Shown here one piece after another: positions 18,088 to 28,505 of a DNA stretch of 64,000 nt. Numbering within the stretch: the stretch's first letter is position 1; every line of letters starts with the position of its first letter. The position numbers and the translations under genes were made by a program. The stretch is from Puniceicoccales bacterium (GTDB taxonomy: Bacteria > Verrucomicrobiota > Verrucomicrobiia > Opitutales > UBA9783). Under the pieces are notes generated by a model. The model did no database searches, was not told the DNA's origin, and saw nothing but the letters and a program-made list of their open reading frames with translations. The stretch is taken from NCBI GenBank assembly GCA_031266455.1, contig JAISBA010000012.1:1151-65150 (forward strand). The letters run 5' to 3'.

Positions 18088-18837
18088 TTAGGAATTCGAA
18101 TTTGCGTACAAGGGCCTTATCTTTTCGGATAAGATCCATCCTTCGGCGAGTTCTGTTTTGATGTAAACAAATCGATCACGTCGATCGGATATTTCACACA
18201 AAGTCCCTTCGGGTATATTTTGCCGAACGGGACTTGACTCCGTAGGGGCGAAATGAATGGGATTTTCATCGATGAGTACACCGGTATGAAGATCACTTTT
18301 GTGAACGTACAATAAAGTACCGATACACAAAAATAACGTTCCACAAAAGCAACTCAGTTGTACATACAGCTTCCTTCGCCTAAAGCAAATGTAGATGATG
18401 ATTGAAAAAATGATTATCCAAAAACAAAGATCCAGCAACATAACCCACGTGTTTAGGGTTATGAACTGGAAAATCGTGTAATACCAAGTTGATTTTAGAG
18501 GCGGGAGGGTAGGATAAGATTGATACAACGATTGCATCGTTTGCTTAAGCTCAGTCCACCGAGGACGATATTGGTTTGCCTTGAGAAAATAAAATAAAGC
18601 GTACCCTGGACATTTCAAAGAAGCGTATGTATTCCCCAAATTAAAATACACCTGCGCACTGGGTGCGTACTGCAACGCTTTTTCATAGTAATCGGCCGCC
18701 AATTCTAAATTTTTTTCTCCAAAATACTTATTGCCTTCCTGGATATACGTTTGGGCCATGAGCACATCGATGGCATGAACCATCGATACGCTCATGAACA
18801 ATAAGGTTAAAATAATGTGTAGGTACTTTTTTTTCAT
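18088..18837 (-). CDS. BatE-like protein (TPR + TM + SH3b-like C-terminus)
   Basis: Signal peptide MKKKYLHIILTLLFMSVSMVHA, TPR-like YYEKALQYAP..VYFNLGNTY, TM helices, and a C-terminal SH3-like EGTLCEISDRRDRFVYIKT..EGWI. The ATG at 18837 overlaps the batD stop. Confidence 0.6.
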   Translation of the reverse strand: MKKKYLHIILTLLFMSVSMVHAIDVLMAQTYIQEGNKYFGEKNLELAADYYEKALQYAPSAQVYFNLGNTYASLKCPGYALFYFLKANQYRPRWTELKQTMQSLYQSYPTLPPLKSTWYYTIFQFITLNTWVMLLDLCFWIIIFSIIIYICFRRRKLYVQLSCFCGTLFLCIGTLLYVHKSDLHTGVLIDENPIHFAPTESSPVRQNIPEGTLCEISDRRDRFVYIKTELAEGWILSEKIRPLYANSNS

Positions 18838-20645
18838 TTTATTGCGCGTAATAAATCTTTTAGATCTTGCAGCGAATCTGGACATTGCTCGTCATTGAAT
18901 TGGCCAAATTGACTCTGTCGATACTTTTGTTCGAGTGATTGTAAATATTGCAATTGTTCGTTGGGTAGTTGAATGCCCAAATGGGTAAGTTGTGTTACCA
19001 AATCGTCCATTTCGTTTAGGGCAATGTTTTGCTGTTTACATTTTAGTAAAATGGTTAGGGAAACAATCTTGTAAGCGCAGTCGTAAAATGCGGTTACATC
19101 CCGTGCACTAAACGCTTGTTGCAAGGCTTTTTCGGTCTTTTTGTACAAGTTTTTATGCTGCATTCTGAGTTGATAGGCCTTGTTATACGTGCATCTATGG
19201 TAACGAATGCCCATAAAACTTAAACCTAGACTTATTAAACACAATATCCACTGAAGCAGGTAAAAGCTTTTTCTTTGCCACAACCATTGCTGATTTTCCC
19301 AATGAATATTTTGTAAAACAATTTTACCAAATAAGGGAACGGATGGTTCGGGCGATGGCTTAACTTCACCGGATAAGATCTTCGTTTGAGACACCTTTAT
19401 GGGTGGTTTAATATTGATTTTAAAAGGGTAAGCTTTTTTTAGATGAGTATAAGATTGCATGGTGGTATCAAAATAACAGAAATGTACAACCGGTGGCTCT
19501 ATTTCTCCTGATTTCAGAGGAACGATGAGGTATTCGTAGTGAATTTTCCCTGTAAAACCCAACTTATCCGAAGGTTCAAAATTGGACTTGGGTAAATAAG
19601 TTCGCCATTCATTCGTATCAAAGATTAAAGTGGGTTCTTGAATTCTTTCGAAATTACCTGACCCCTGCAAGGTAACATGAAATGTAATAGGCTCATCTTG
19701 AATAGCTTCCTTTTCTTCAATCCTTGGGCTTGCCAATTGAAAATATCCAATAGCTTGATGAAAAGGTTGCGGTTGTGGAGTGGGAAGCGGTTGAACAACT
19801 ACCTTGAGGGGGGATGTATCGACGGTTACGGCTTTGGGTTGCGCAAAAACACTGCTGAAGCTACGGTTAAAAAATGATAGCAAGTCGTTGTCATCCTCTT
19901 CATCCGACCTTTGACTGAGTACAGAGGACTGTTCTATCATCAAATCTAAATTGAAACTTAACGTTTGTGGGCCTAACTTCAGCGGTGTAACAAGTGTTGC
20001 CCAAGAGATGCATTGATAGTGTGTACCTTGAATACTTTTGTAAGTTTTTTCGGGCGCATCCGTTAGGTGTGTGGCCGCGAAAGTGTCTCCATTTTTTTGA
20101 GGCAAATTGGTAAGTTGGCCACGTACATCATCTGCTATCAACAGTTGGACTTCCATGGGGCAACTTTGTCCCAGGTACCAGGTATTGGGCATCTTGTGTT
20201 CTAGATGTAAAAAGATGGGGGTAGATGTACCGGCTGTACTCTGTTGCGTACGGGCATCCGACGGCAACACCGTTAAGGTCGAACTGGGAATAGTATAGGT
20301 TTGTCCTTGAATATCGATACGGATTTCTGGGATTCGAAAAGTACCTGCACTCTGGGGGAAAGCAGAAAAACGCCACAGGGTGGATTGTTGAGAAATTCCA
20401 TTTATGATTTGTGTATTAAAAGTTCCACTTTCGTATTTGAGTCGTAAATTATCAACCATGGGCTGAGGAAAATTCACTTGACGTACAATGACGTTTTTAG
20501 CCGTTACCATCCAGGTTGCACGTTCACCTAAGTGAATGGTTGAGGGATGAAACGTTGCTTCAAATGCGATATTTGTATTGCCTAAGCTTTGGCTGCAAAG
20601 AAACAGGCCACAACACCATTGAAAATATTTTTTCCCTAAAAGCAT
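18834..20645 (-). CDS. BatD-like oxygen-tolerance protein
   Basis: 603 aa with a signal peptide, a long beta-rich ectodomain, a late TM helix and a helical tail. Its position after the TPR BatC matches the Bat operon order. Confidence 0.6.
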   Translation of the reverse strand: MLLGKKYFQWCCGLFLCSQSLGNTNIAFEATFHPSTIHLGERATWMVTAKNVIVRQVNFPQPMVDNLRLKYESGTFNTQIINGISQQSTLWRFSAFPQSAGTFRIPEIRIDIQGQTYTIPSSTLTVLPSDARTQQSTAGTSTPIFLHLEHKMPNTWYLGQSCPMEVQLLIADDVRGQLTNLPQKNGDTFAATHLTDAPEKTYKSIQGTHYQCISWATLVTPLKLGPQTLSFNLDLMIEQSSVLSQRSDEEDDNDLLSFFNRSFSSVFAQPKAVTVDTSPLKVVVQPLPTPQPQPFHQAIGYFQLASPRIEEKEAIQDEPITFHVTLQGSGNFERIQEPTLIFDTNEWRTYLPKSNFEPSDKLGFTGKIHYEYLIVPLKSGEIEPPVVHFCYFDTTMQSYTHLKKAYPFKINIKPPIKVSQTKILSGEVKPSPEPSVPLFGKIVLQNIHWENQQWLWQRKSFYLLQWILCLISLGLSFMGIRYHRCTYNKAYQLRMQHKNLYKKTEKALQQAFSARDVTAFYDCAYKIVSLTILLKCKQQNIALNEMDDLVTQLTHLGIQLPNEQLQYLQSLEQKYRQSQFGQFNDEQCPDSLQDLKDLLRAIK

Positions 20646-20649
20646 ACCA

Positions 20650-21384
20650 TTACCAATCGTGCAACACCTCTGGATCTTCGGGTAAATTTTGAGAATCGTT
20701 GGAAAAATTTATGGGCAGTACTTTTTCATCCCCTTTGGTGCTATTGAGTAAAGTCTCCATTTCTTGTTGAGATTTTTCTTGTTGGGGCGTTGGAGCCTGC
20801 TGAGGAGCACTTTCATTCGTGCGATTGTCTTGCGGTTTTTCGGATGCTTTATTATCGTCTGGTTTTTCCGAAGACGAGTCGTTATTTTCATTGGAGCCGT
20901 TGGGGGTATTGTTTGGATTATCCTGTGGTTGCTCCTGATTTTGGTGTTCTTGATTTTTTTTCAACTTTTCAAAGGCTTTTTTAGCAATTTCTAAATTGTG
21001 CTGGGCATCTTTTGCTTCGGCATTGAGTGCAAGCGTACTTTCGAAAAATTTAATACTTTTTTCCAAATTCGCTATTTGTTGCTTGGCATCCTGAGTTTGT
21101 TGGAACTGACGATAGTAAGTGTTCCCTAAATTATAAAATATGCCTTCTTGTTCCTGCGGACGCGCACACTTTTCAAGTGCTTGTTCATAGGATATTTGCG
21201 CTTCATCAAAGGCTTTTTCTTTATAGTGAATGTTGGCCAAATTGTAGTGCCCTTGCCAAGCGTCGGGATGTTGCTTGCAGTATCTTTGATGTCGGGCTTT
21301 TGCTGCAATCAATGGACCTGCTTCACCTCTTAAAAGACTTGTAAAGCTACAGAATGTGAAAAATAATAAATATTTAATTTTCAT
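20650..21384 (-). CDS. BatC-like TPR protein with low-complexity Q/N/E/P-rich tail
   Basis: Signal peptide, TPR repeats (YNLANIHYKEKAFDEAQISYEQAL; FYNLGNTYYRQ), and an acidic/Q-rich tail. Confidence 0.6.
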   Translation of the reverse strand: MKIKYLLFFTFCSFTSLLRGEAGPLIAAKARHQRYCKQHPDAWQGHYNLANIHYKEKAFDEAQISYEQALEKCARPQEQEGIFYNLGNTYYRQFQQTQDAKQQIANLEKSIKFFESTLALNAEAKDAQHNLEIAKKAFEKLKKNQEHQNQEQPQDNPNNTPNGSNENNDSSSEKPDDNKASEKPQDNRTNESAPQQAPTPQQEKSQQEMETLLNSTKGDEKVLPINFSNDSQNLPEDPEVLHDW

Positions 21385-21385
21385 T

Positions 21386-22387
21386 TTAAAATCGCATTTT
21401 TCCTTTTTTAAAAAATAGGCAAGGCTCTAAAAGTAAAAATAGGAATGCTAAGCCGGCAAACACATGAAAACGTTCCATAGGAATCTTTTCTTCACTGTCA
21501 AAGTTTTCTTTCGGTAAGTGTTTTAAGGCTACGTTGTAAATTTGCTGCAACCCTTCTCCAGCATTACCTAAAGGAACATAAAATCCCTGTGTTATTTGCG
21601 CAATTTGTTTTAACGTATTTTCATCCAAACGGGTAATAACTATTTTGCCTTGAGCATCTTTTAGGTATTCAATAATGCCACGTTCATTTTTAATGCCAAT
21701 GCTCGTTCCCTTTTCGGATCCTATGCCGACCGTATGGATAACAACACCGTTTCGAGAGGCTTCCTTTGCAGCCTGCATCACATCTCCGGACAAGTTTTCT
21801 CCATCCGTCAACAAAATGAGTTGTTTGTAGCTCGTGTCCGTATCGAAAGTACGGATTGCCAATTGAATGGCTTCCGATAAGTTGGTGCCTCCTCGTGGCA
21901 TAACATTCGTATCCAAAGCACGCAGCGAAAGCTTAAAAGCACCGTGATCCGCCGTCGTAGGACACTGCAGAAATGCATTTCCGGAAAACGCGATAAGCCC
22001 TACTTGGTTACCCTGCAAAGACTTCAACAGCTCTTCGATGCTCAACTTAGCCAAATCGAGCCGATTGGGTCTGACATCGTTGGCCAACATACTTTTGGAC
22101 GTATCAATGGCAAATAGTACGTTGAGTCCCGTTTGCTGACGTTTTTCAATCACTTCACCCCATTGGGGACGTGCCAATGCCACAAATAAAGCAACCAGTC
22201 CTAGTCGTAAAACCCAACGACTCATTCTGTAGGCAATGCGGCGTGTATATTGAATGGGTAAGTATTTCTGATGTGACCACGCACGCAATAACTTATTTGT
22301 TTTACGTTGAAAGAAAAGTGCTACCACGTACAGTAAAGTAACGTAGATAATTCCCAAAATCCAAACGTAAGAAGAGTGAAATTTCAT
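21386..22387 (-). CDS. VWA-domain protein BatB-like
   Basis: N-terminal TM helices, then a VWA MIDAS motif (FAIDTSKSM), LILLTDGEN and GVVIHTVGIG. Confidence 0.8.
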   Translation of the reverse strand: MKFHSSYVWILGIIYVTLLYVVALFFQRKTNKLLRAWSHQKYLPIQYTRRIAYRMSRWVLRLGLVALFVALARPQWGEVIEKRQQTGLNVLFAIDTSKSMLANDVRPNRLDLAKLSIEELLKSLQGNQVGLIAFSGNAFLQCPTTADHGAFKLSLRALDTNVMPRGGTNLSEAIQLAIRTFDTDTSYKQLILLTDGENLSGDVMQAAKEASRNGVVIHTVGIGSEKGTSIGIKNERGIIEYLKDAQGKIVITRLDENTLKQIAQITQGFYVPLGNAGEGLQQIYNVALKHLPKENFDSEEKIPMERFHVFAGLAFLFLLLEPCLFFKKGKMRF

Positions 22388-23331
22388 GGTAGCGTTCGAT
22401 AACGGCTATTTTTTAAAATTTGTTCTAGAGAAAAAAATGCAAGAGCCAACCACAGACATAAGGTAAACAGCTCTGCACAGGTCGTATGCCCTTCCAGTGA
22501 AATTTTTGTTTTTTCCAATTGATCAATTTCTTTGTAAATTTGTTTCAGGGTAGACACATCGTAGGCTCGATAAAAACGACCCCCGGTTTTTTCAGCTACC
22601 TGCACAAGCGTTTGCTCGTCCACGGGGAAAAATTGATCGTTGCCAACCACGATGGTATAAATTTTTGCTTGAAAATGTTCTGCCACTTCCGCAGCCATAA
22701 CGGGGGCAACATTGCCGCAATTATTGACACCATCCGTCAATAGGATGATGATGCGTGTCTTGGCCTGCAAGTCTTTAAGTCGGTTTACGCACATGGTAAT
22801 GGCGCTGCCAATGGCGGTACCATCCTCGATGAGTCCTGCATTTAAGCGATCTAAATTTTTGAGTAACCAAGCATGATTTAACGTGAGCGGGCTTACCAAA
22901 TAAGGGTAACGTGCAAACGTTACGAGGCCAATGCGGTCGTGTTGCCGCTGTTGAATAAATTCTGCAATAACGGCTTTGGCAGCTTGTATGCGTGTAACGC
23001 GTTGAAATTGGTTAACGGCAAAATCGGGGACTCGCATAGAACTTGAAAGGTCAAGTGCTAAAATTAGGTCGATACCACTGCTTTGGCATTGCCGATGCGT
23101 GTAGACTCTTTGCGGCTGAGCTATCCCCAATAGAATGCTTGCCAAACACAAAGATCTGAAAAACAACGGAATTACGTGCGGAGGTATTTGTACCTTAGGA
23201 TGCTCATTGGCCGTTGTATAAATTAAGCTCTTGGGTGGCGTCCAGGTCTTTACCCAATAAACAAAAATCAATGGAATCCAAAGTAGATGAATGAGGACCC
23301 AAGGATGTTTGAACGCGAATGTTTCTTCCAT
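22384..23331 (-). CDS. VWA-domain protein BatA-like
   Basis: TM helices, then LALDLSSSM MIDAS, IILLTDGVNN and KIYTIVVG, with a C-terminal TM helix. Confidence 0.8.
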   Translation of the reverse strand: MEETFAFKHPWVLIHLLWIPLIFVYWVKTWTPPKSLIYTTANEHPKVQIPPHVIPLFFRSLCLASILLGIAQPQRVYTHRQCQSSGIDLILALDLSSSMRVPDFAVNQFQRVTRIQAAKAVIAEFIQQRQHDRIGLVTFARYPYLVSPLTLNHAWLLKNLDRLNAGLIEDGTAIGSAITMCVNRLKDLQAKTRIIILLTDGVNNCGNVAPVMAAEVAEHFQAKIYTIVVGNDQFFPVDEQTLVQVAEKTGGRFYRAYDVSTLKQIYKEIDQLEKTKISLEGHTTCAELFTLCLWLALAFFSLEQILKNSRYRTLP

Positions 23332-23339
23332 ACACGTGA

Positions 23340-24116
23340 TTATGTGGAACCTTCAGCGGAAGATTGTTGTTGGCTTTGGTGTAATTTTTCTGCGTAATTA
23401 ACGATCTGCTTTGCTTCCGTATACAAAGCGTTTCTGGATTCATGCTCTAGAGGTCGTTGAGTAAATTTAGCGATGTCGCATTGTTTGAGAAAATTTTCAA
23501 TGCATACTTGTAGATTGGAATCAAAATACGAAATTTCACGAATGCGCTCCAAAACTTCTTCGGTGGTGCACTCGGGAGCAGGAAGATGGAATACAAGCGA
23601 CAAATACTGGCGGACGGCATCCGTGAGTAGATTTGCAAATGTTTTTGGACTCTTTTCCTGAATATACTTTCGAGCATTTTCAATACCACCCAACGCTTGC
23701 GCGTAAGGATCCAAGGGGACCAAACTTTTTCTAATTCGATGGGTTCTGTGCCTGTAAATGATGTAACCTATGACGAAAATTACAATCAGTCCCAATAGGC
23801 TCCAGACTAGAATACGTTTCCAACCCCAAGGTAACATGACAATGGGGCGAATATCTTTAATATCTTCATCTATGGAATCTTCCGTAAGAATAGGTGTTGT
23901 TTCATCATTTATAACCGTATCCTGGGCCAATTGGGTTACGAAAGTCGGTTGGATAACGGAATTGCTTGTTTGAATTTTTACGTCGGTTGCCTCGTTCGAA
24001 TTCTCTTCTTCATAGATGGATGGAATACGCACATCCCCTACAAGAGAAGCATCTTCTTCCGCTTTCGTAACCGTATTAAAATAAAAAACAAGCAGTAGAA
24101 CTTGTACCCATTTCAT
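23340..24116 (-). CDS. DUF4381-like membrane protein of MoxR/Bat clusters
   Basis: Signal peptide, a central TM helix (ILVWSLLGLIVIFVIGYIIY), then a helical domain with TTEEVLERI and CDIAKFT as in DUF4381 (recollection). Confidence 0.5.
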   Translation of the reverse strand: MKWVQVLLLVFYFNTVTKAEEDASLVGDVRIPSIYEEENSNEATDVKIQTSNSVIQPTFVTQLAQDTVINDETTPILTEDSIDEDIKDIRPIVMLPWGWKRILVWSLLGLIVIFVIGYIIYRHRTHRIRKSLVPLDPYAQALGGIENARKYIQEKSPKTFANLLTDAVRQYLSLVFHLPAPECTTEEVLERIREISYFDSNLQVCIENFLKQCDIAKFTQRPLEHESRNALYTEAKQIVNYAEKLHQSQQQSSAEGST

Positions 24117-25027
24117 CGTTTTAATTGTTTGCGTGTATTAAAAAAAGATTGCAGTAGAGGTAAATAAGGTTGTCCGTTGTGTAATTGAATTACATCAATA
24201 CCACATTTTTGGCAGTTACTTTGAAAGTTTTTACTTTTTTCCAGAGCCAAGGTTTCGAATCGTTGCCGCGTTTGCCTGGAATGCGTATTTAGATAGAATA
24301 ATTGTTGCGTTTCCGCATCCTGCAAAGTGACGTAGCCAATATCCGGTAATTGATATTCTCTTGAATCATCCACACGTATGCAAATTAAATCGTGGCATTG
24401 ATTCAGGAGTGACAAAGATTTGATGGTTTCATTTTCTAGATTATCTTCGAGATACGTTGGAACAAAGTCTGAAATAATACTAACAATCGCCTTTCGCTTT
24501 TGAAGTTTCCCAAGGGCGCTCAAAAATTTTGGAATGTGCGTGGACGTATGCTGCGGTTTGAAAAATAGAATTTCCCGAATGATACGCAATAAATGTTGAT
24601 GTCCCTTGCGCGGAGGTATAAATAGTTCGACTTGGTCAGAAAACAATATCAACCCTACTTTATCACCATTTTTCGCTGCCGAAAAGGCTAAAACGCTGGC
24701 AATTTCTGCAGAAAATTCTCGTTTGGTTTGCCGCTTAGATCCCCATTCGTTAGATCTACTGATGTCTATAGCCAATAACAAAGTAAGTTCACGTTCCTCA
24801 CGAAAAATTTTAACATAAGGGTGCCCCATTTTGGCCGTAATATTCCAGTCAATAAAACGAATTTCGTCGCCAAAACAATATTCCCGTACTTCTTCAAAGT
24901 TGACTCCTTGTCCCTTAAACACGCTGTGGTAGGTGCCGCTCAACACCTCATTGAGCAAAACACGCACACGCAATTCAATTTGACGTACTTTGCGCAAAGT
25001 TGCATGTACTTTGTTTTCGTCAGACAT
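24113..25027 (-). CDS. DUF58 family protein (VWA-like, MoxR partner)
   Basis: G.YHSVFKGQGVNFEEVREY.FGDEIRFIDWN is the hallmark DUF58 N-terminal motif. It lies directly downstream of MoxR. Confidence 0.8.
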   Translation of the reverse strand: MSDENKVHATLRKVRQIELRVRVLLNEVLSGTYHSVFKGQGVNFEEVREYCFGDEIRFIDWNITAKMGHPYVKIFREERELTLLLAIDISRSNEWGSKRQTKREFSAEIASVLAFSAAKNGDKVGLILFSDQVELFIPPRKGHQHLLRIIREILFFKPQHTSTHIPKFLSALGKLQKRKAIVSIISDFVPTYLEDNLENETIKSLSLLNQCHDLICIRVDDSREYQLPDIGYVTLQDAETQQLFYLNTHSRQTRQRFETLALEKSKNFQSNCQKCGIDVIQLHNGQPYLPLLQSFFNTRKQLKR

Positions 25028-25028
25028 A

Positions 25029-26036
25029 TTAGGGGACTGGTACAGTCTCTAGAATATTTGAAATCACCTGATCGCTCGAAATTTCTTCCGCTTCTGCTTC
25101 GTACGTAAGACCAATGCGGTGTCGCAACACATCCGGTGCAATACTCTTTACATCCTGCGGAATAACGTAGCCGCGATGTTTTAAGAATGCAGAAGCCTTA
25201 GATGCCAACGCTAGTGCAATCGTTCCTCTGGGAGAAGCACCGTAACGAATGAGATTATTGATGGACAAATGATATTTTTCGGGAGTTCTTGTGGCGTAAA
25301 CAATGTGAATAATATAATCTCGAATTTTATCATCCATATAAATTTTATCGATCCATTGCCGACTTTCCAGAATGACTTGCTGCGCAAGGAAACCGTGGAC
25401 TTCCTCACTTGGCTGAGTAGACGTTTTCGAATCCAAAATCATACGTTCTTCCTGCCAAGAAGGGTATTGGGTGTTAATTTTTAACATGAAGCGGTCCAAT
25501 TGGGCTTCAGGTAAAGGGTAGGTCCCTTCTTGTTCAACCGGATTTTGTGTTGCGAGTACCAAGAAAGGGTTTTCGAGCGGGTATGTGGTATCGCCCAACG
25601 TCACTTGTCTTTCCTGCATGCCTTCCAATAAAGCACTTTGAACTTTAGCGGGAGACCGATTGATTTCGTCCGCAAGCAGGATGTTGGTAAAAATAGGCCC
25701 CTTCTTTGGGGTGAATTGTCCTTGATGAGGGTTGTAAATGAGAGTTCCGACGATGTCTGCAGGCAGCAAATCAGGTGTGAATTGAATACGTTGGAATTTC
25801 AATTGGAACAATTGAGCCAACGTCTTGATCAACAAAGTCTTGGCAAGACCCGGCATTCCTTCCAATAAAATATGCCCATTACTCAATAACCCTATTAACA
25901 ATCGATCTATGATGGCTTTATTACCTATAACCACCTTCCCAATCTCTGTTTTTAATAAATCAATCCAAGCGGTTTGTTCTTGAATACGTTCATTGAGTTC
26001 CGATAAACTCATCTGCGAATTCATCATTGTTTCCAT
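25029..26036 (-). CDS. MoxR-family AAA+ ATPase
   Basis: Walker A LLEGMPGLAKT, Walker B ILLADEINR, and VLATQNP.EQEGTYPLPEAQLDRF are typical MoxR motifs. Confidence 0.9.
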   Translation of the reverse strand: METMMNSQMSLSELNERIQEQTAWIDLLKTEIGKVVIGNKAIIDRLLIGLLSNGHILLEGMPGLAKTLLIKTLAQLFQLKFQRIQFTPDLLPADIVGTLIYNPHQGQFTPKKGPIFTNILLADEINRSPAKVQSALLEGMQERQVTLGDTTYPLENPFLVLATQNPVEQEGTYPLPEAQLDRFMLKINTQYPSWQEERMILDSKTSTQPSEEVHGFLAQQVILESRQWIDKIYMDDKIRDYIIHIVYATRTPEKYHLSINNLIRYGASPRGTIALALASKASAFLKHRGYVIPQDVKSIAPDVLRHRIGLTYEAEAEEISSDQVISNILETVPVP

Positions 26037-26169
26037 AATAATTGTGCGTTACTGTACATATGTAAATGTTTTTTGTCAACGTTAACTTGATTGCAAGGTA
26101 ATAATTTCAAGATATTTTCACCGGATAAAATAGCTTGATTCTTGGTAAAATTTTTCGTTTAAAGGTCAA

Positions 26170-26820
26170 GTGAAGGCATTCAAATATGTTGGGATGGTGG
26201 TTATATTTTCAATCCATTCTATCTCCGAAGCAAAAGTATCCATCATGGGAAAAGCCGTTTGTACACAGGAACAAATGGAGCGTTATTTGCTCAGCAAAAA
26301 CCCTAGAGCTTCAAAATACGCATCCTATATTCCTATTTATTTGCAGGAAGGTGAAAAAGAAGGTGTCCGAGGTGATATCGCCTTTGCACAAAGTTTGGTA
26401 GAAACAGGATTTTTTCGTTTTGGCGGCGACGTAAAGCCGAAACAAAATAATTTTTCAGGCTTAGGAGCTATCGGCAATGGCCAACCGGGACATTGTTTTA
26501 AAACATCTCTGGAAGGTATTCGTGCCCAAGTTCAGCATTTAAAAGCGTACGGAAGTAAGCAACCTCTAAGGCAACTATGCGTGGACCCACGTTTCCAAAA
26601 GGTTTTAAAAAGAGGATGTGGTTTGTGCGTAGAAGATTTAGGCGGCCTGTGGGCTTATCCGGGATATGATACGAAAAAATATAAATCGCTGAAATTGGCA
26701 AAACGTGCTCACGATTCGTACGGATATCACATCCTGAATCACTGGCATGCTATGCAGAAAATCAAATCGTCAAAAAAATTTCCTTTCTTTAGGCCTATCC
26801 TACGACGGAAATCCCCATAA
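26170..26820 (+). CDS. GH73-type N-acetylglucosaminidase domain protein (secreted)
   Basis: Signal peptide, then AFAQSLVETGFFRFGG....NNFSGLGA matching the glucosaminidase catalytic motif. GTG start in the track; the ATG at 26194 is an alternative. Confidence 0.7.
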   Translation: MKAFKYVGMVVIFSIHSISEAKVSIMGKAVCTQEQMERYLLSKNPRASKYASYIPIYLQEGEKEGVRGDIAFAQSLVETGFFRFGGDVKPKQNNFSGLGAIGNGQPGHCFKTSLEGIRAQVQHLKAYGSKQPLRQLCVDPRFQKVLKRGCGLCVEDLGGLWAYPGYDTKKYKSLKLAKRAHDSYGYHILNHWHAMQKIKSSKKFPFFRPILRRKSP

Positions 26821-27181
26821 GGCCTGCTGGGTATCAGGCGTTATTCACCGAATGTTTCGTCAGAAGGAGCAGACTAATACGAAGCGTAATGAGGGGTACG
26901 GCTTTATTGCAACCGAAGTGATGACTTGGAAGTCATTTTCTACGCGTAAAACGGCCATGCGGTGTTGCAAAAATGTAAAGGCTTTTGAATTTTTTGTGTC
27001 AGACATTTGCCAATACAGCGATCAAGTTTTAATAGGGGTACTTATGTAATTTATTTTAAACCTTACGCATCGTGTTTTTCCAATGAGCATCTGTGTCTTA
27101 AAACGTGCGTATGAAACTTGTCCATAAGGATTAGATTCCCTATTACAACCAAAAATCTGAACGATTTACTAGCAACGTATT

Positions 27182-28459
27182 ATGGAGTTCGTTTTTACTT
27201 CCCTTTTGGGATTGAATTCGCTACTTCTGAAAAACAGTATGCAAGCTAGGGATCCCGAACATTGTACCGATAAACCTTTTCACTATCACGATGAGTTGAC
27301 GGTCGATATTCAATCTCTCAGCAACGAGGGGCGAGGCATTGCGCGTATCGACAATTGGATAGTTATGGTCCCTTTTGTAATTCCTGGAGAACGTGTGCGC
27401 GTACGTATTTTCAAAAACCATACCAATTATTCGGAAGCGGATTTAATTGAGGTATTGCAAGCATCTCCGGATCGTATTTCACCTCCATGCCCCCTCTTTG
27501 GACAATGCGGTGGATGTCAATATCAGCACATGGCATACGAAAAGCAACTTGAATGGAAGCATCGACACGTTACGGATTGTTTGGAACGCATTGCAAAATT
27601 GTCTACCAAAGTTAAGTCAGTTCAACCTTCGCAAAAAATTTATGGGTATCGGACCAAAATAACACCGCATTTTGAACGAAATTGTACACATAATTTTCCC
27701 ATCGGTTTTCTAGCTTACGGCAGAAAACGTTTGCTGGTCGATGTTCTTCAATGCTACATCGCAAGTGCTCCCATTAATACTTGTTTACCCGAAGTACGTA
27801 TCCAAACGAGACAGAATTTACAAATGAAAAGTGGAACCCTATTGCTGCGCGATTGCAGCCAAGGGGTTTTAACTAACCCTAGAGCAGTTGCGTGTGCACA
27901 GGTGTGCGCTTACGATTTCCTTTTCCCGGCAGGTAGCTTTTTTCAAAATAATCCTTATATCTTAGAATCTATATCGCAATACCTACAACAATTACGCCTA
28001 CAATTTGGACAAATCCACTACCTCGTAGATGCCTATTGCGGCGTGGGTGTATTTGGCATCATTCTTGCAAAGTCGATGCGTCAGTTTGTGGGTATTGAAG
28101 TTGATGAACCCTCCATCGCGCTAGCGCAAAAAAATATGCAACTTAATCACGTTGATAACGGCCGGATGCAACATGGAGAGGCTGAAGCTATTTTCAAAGG
28201 TATTGCATTTCCAAAAGATCAAACACTCGTTGTTGTGGACCCACCTCGCAAGGGTTGTTCCGAAAATTTTCTGCAACAACTGATTCAATTTCAACCGGCC
28301 GTCATGGTTTACATTTCCTGCGCTCCAGATACGCAGGCCAGAGATTTAAAACGTGTTTTAACGTTGGCGCCGCAGTATAAAATTCTAGAACTGCAAGCTT
28401 TTGATATGTTCCCTCAGACAAAACACTTGGAATGTGTGGCCGTTTTGTCACGCATGTAG
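27182..28459 (+). CDS. RNA (uracil-C5)-methyltransferase, RlmD/TrmA family
   Basis: TRAM-like N-terminus, Fe-S cysteines CPLFGQCGGCQYQH, the SAM motif DAYCGVGVFG, VVDPPRKG, and the catalytic YISCAP. The true start may be the ATG at 27239. Confidence 0.85.
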   Translation: MEFVFTSLLGLNSLLLKNSMQARDPEHCTDKPFHYHDELTVDIQSLSNEGRGIARIDNWIVMVPFVIPGERVRVRIFKNHTNYSEADLIEVLQASPDRISPPCPLFGQCGGCQYQHMAYEKQLEWKHRHVTDCLERIAKLSTKVKSVQPSQKIYGYRTKITPHFERNCTHNFPIGFLAYGRKRLLVDVLQCYIASAPINTCLPEVRIQTRQNLQMKSGTLLLRDCSQGVLTNPRAVACAQVCAYDFLFPAGSFFQNNPYILESISQYLQQLRLQFGQIHYLVDAYCGVGVFGIILAKSMRQFVGIEVDEPSIALAQKNMQLNHVDNGRMQHGEAEAIFKGIAFPKDQTLVVVDPPRKGCSENFLQQLIQFQPAVMVYISCAPDTQARDLKRVLTLAPQYKILELQAFDMFPQTKHLECVAVLSRM

Positions 28460-28505
28460 CAAAATAACCTTTCAATATTCTAAATGCTTGTTACGCTATA
28501 CGTTT

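Noticed and set aside
26747-27049. 100-aa plus-strand ORF overlapping the end of the glucosaminidase gene. There is also a 51-codon minus-strand ORF (about 26858-27010, MSDTKNSKAF...) in the 360-bp spacer.
   Set aside because: Neither has a recognisable family, RBS or coupling. The plus ORF overlaps a supported gene. The minus ORF is short, and nothing supports it beyond being open.
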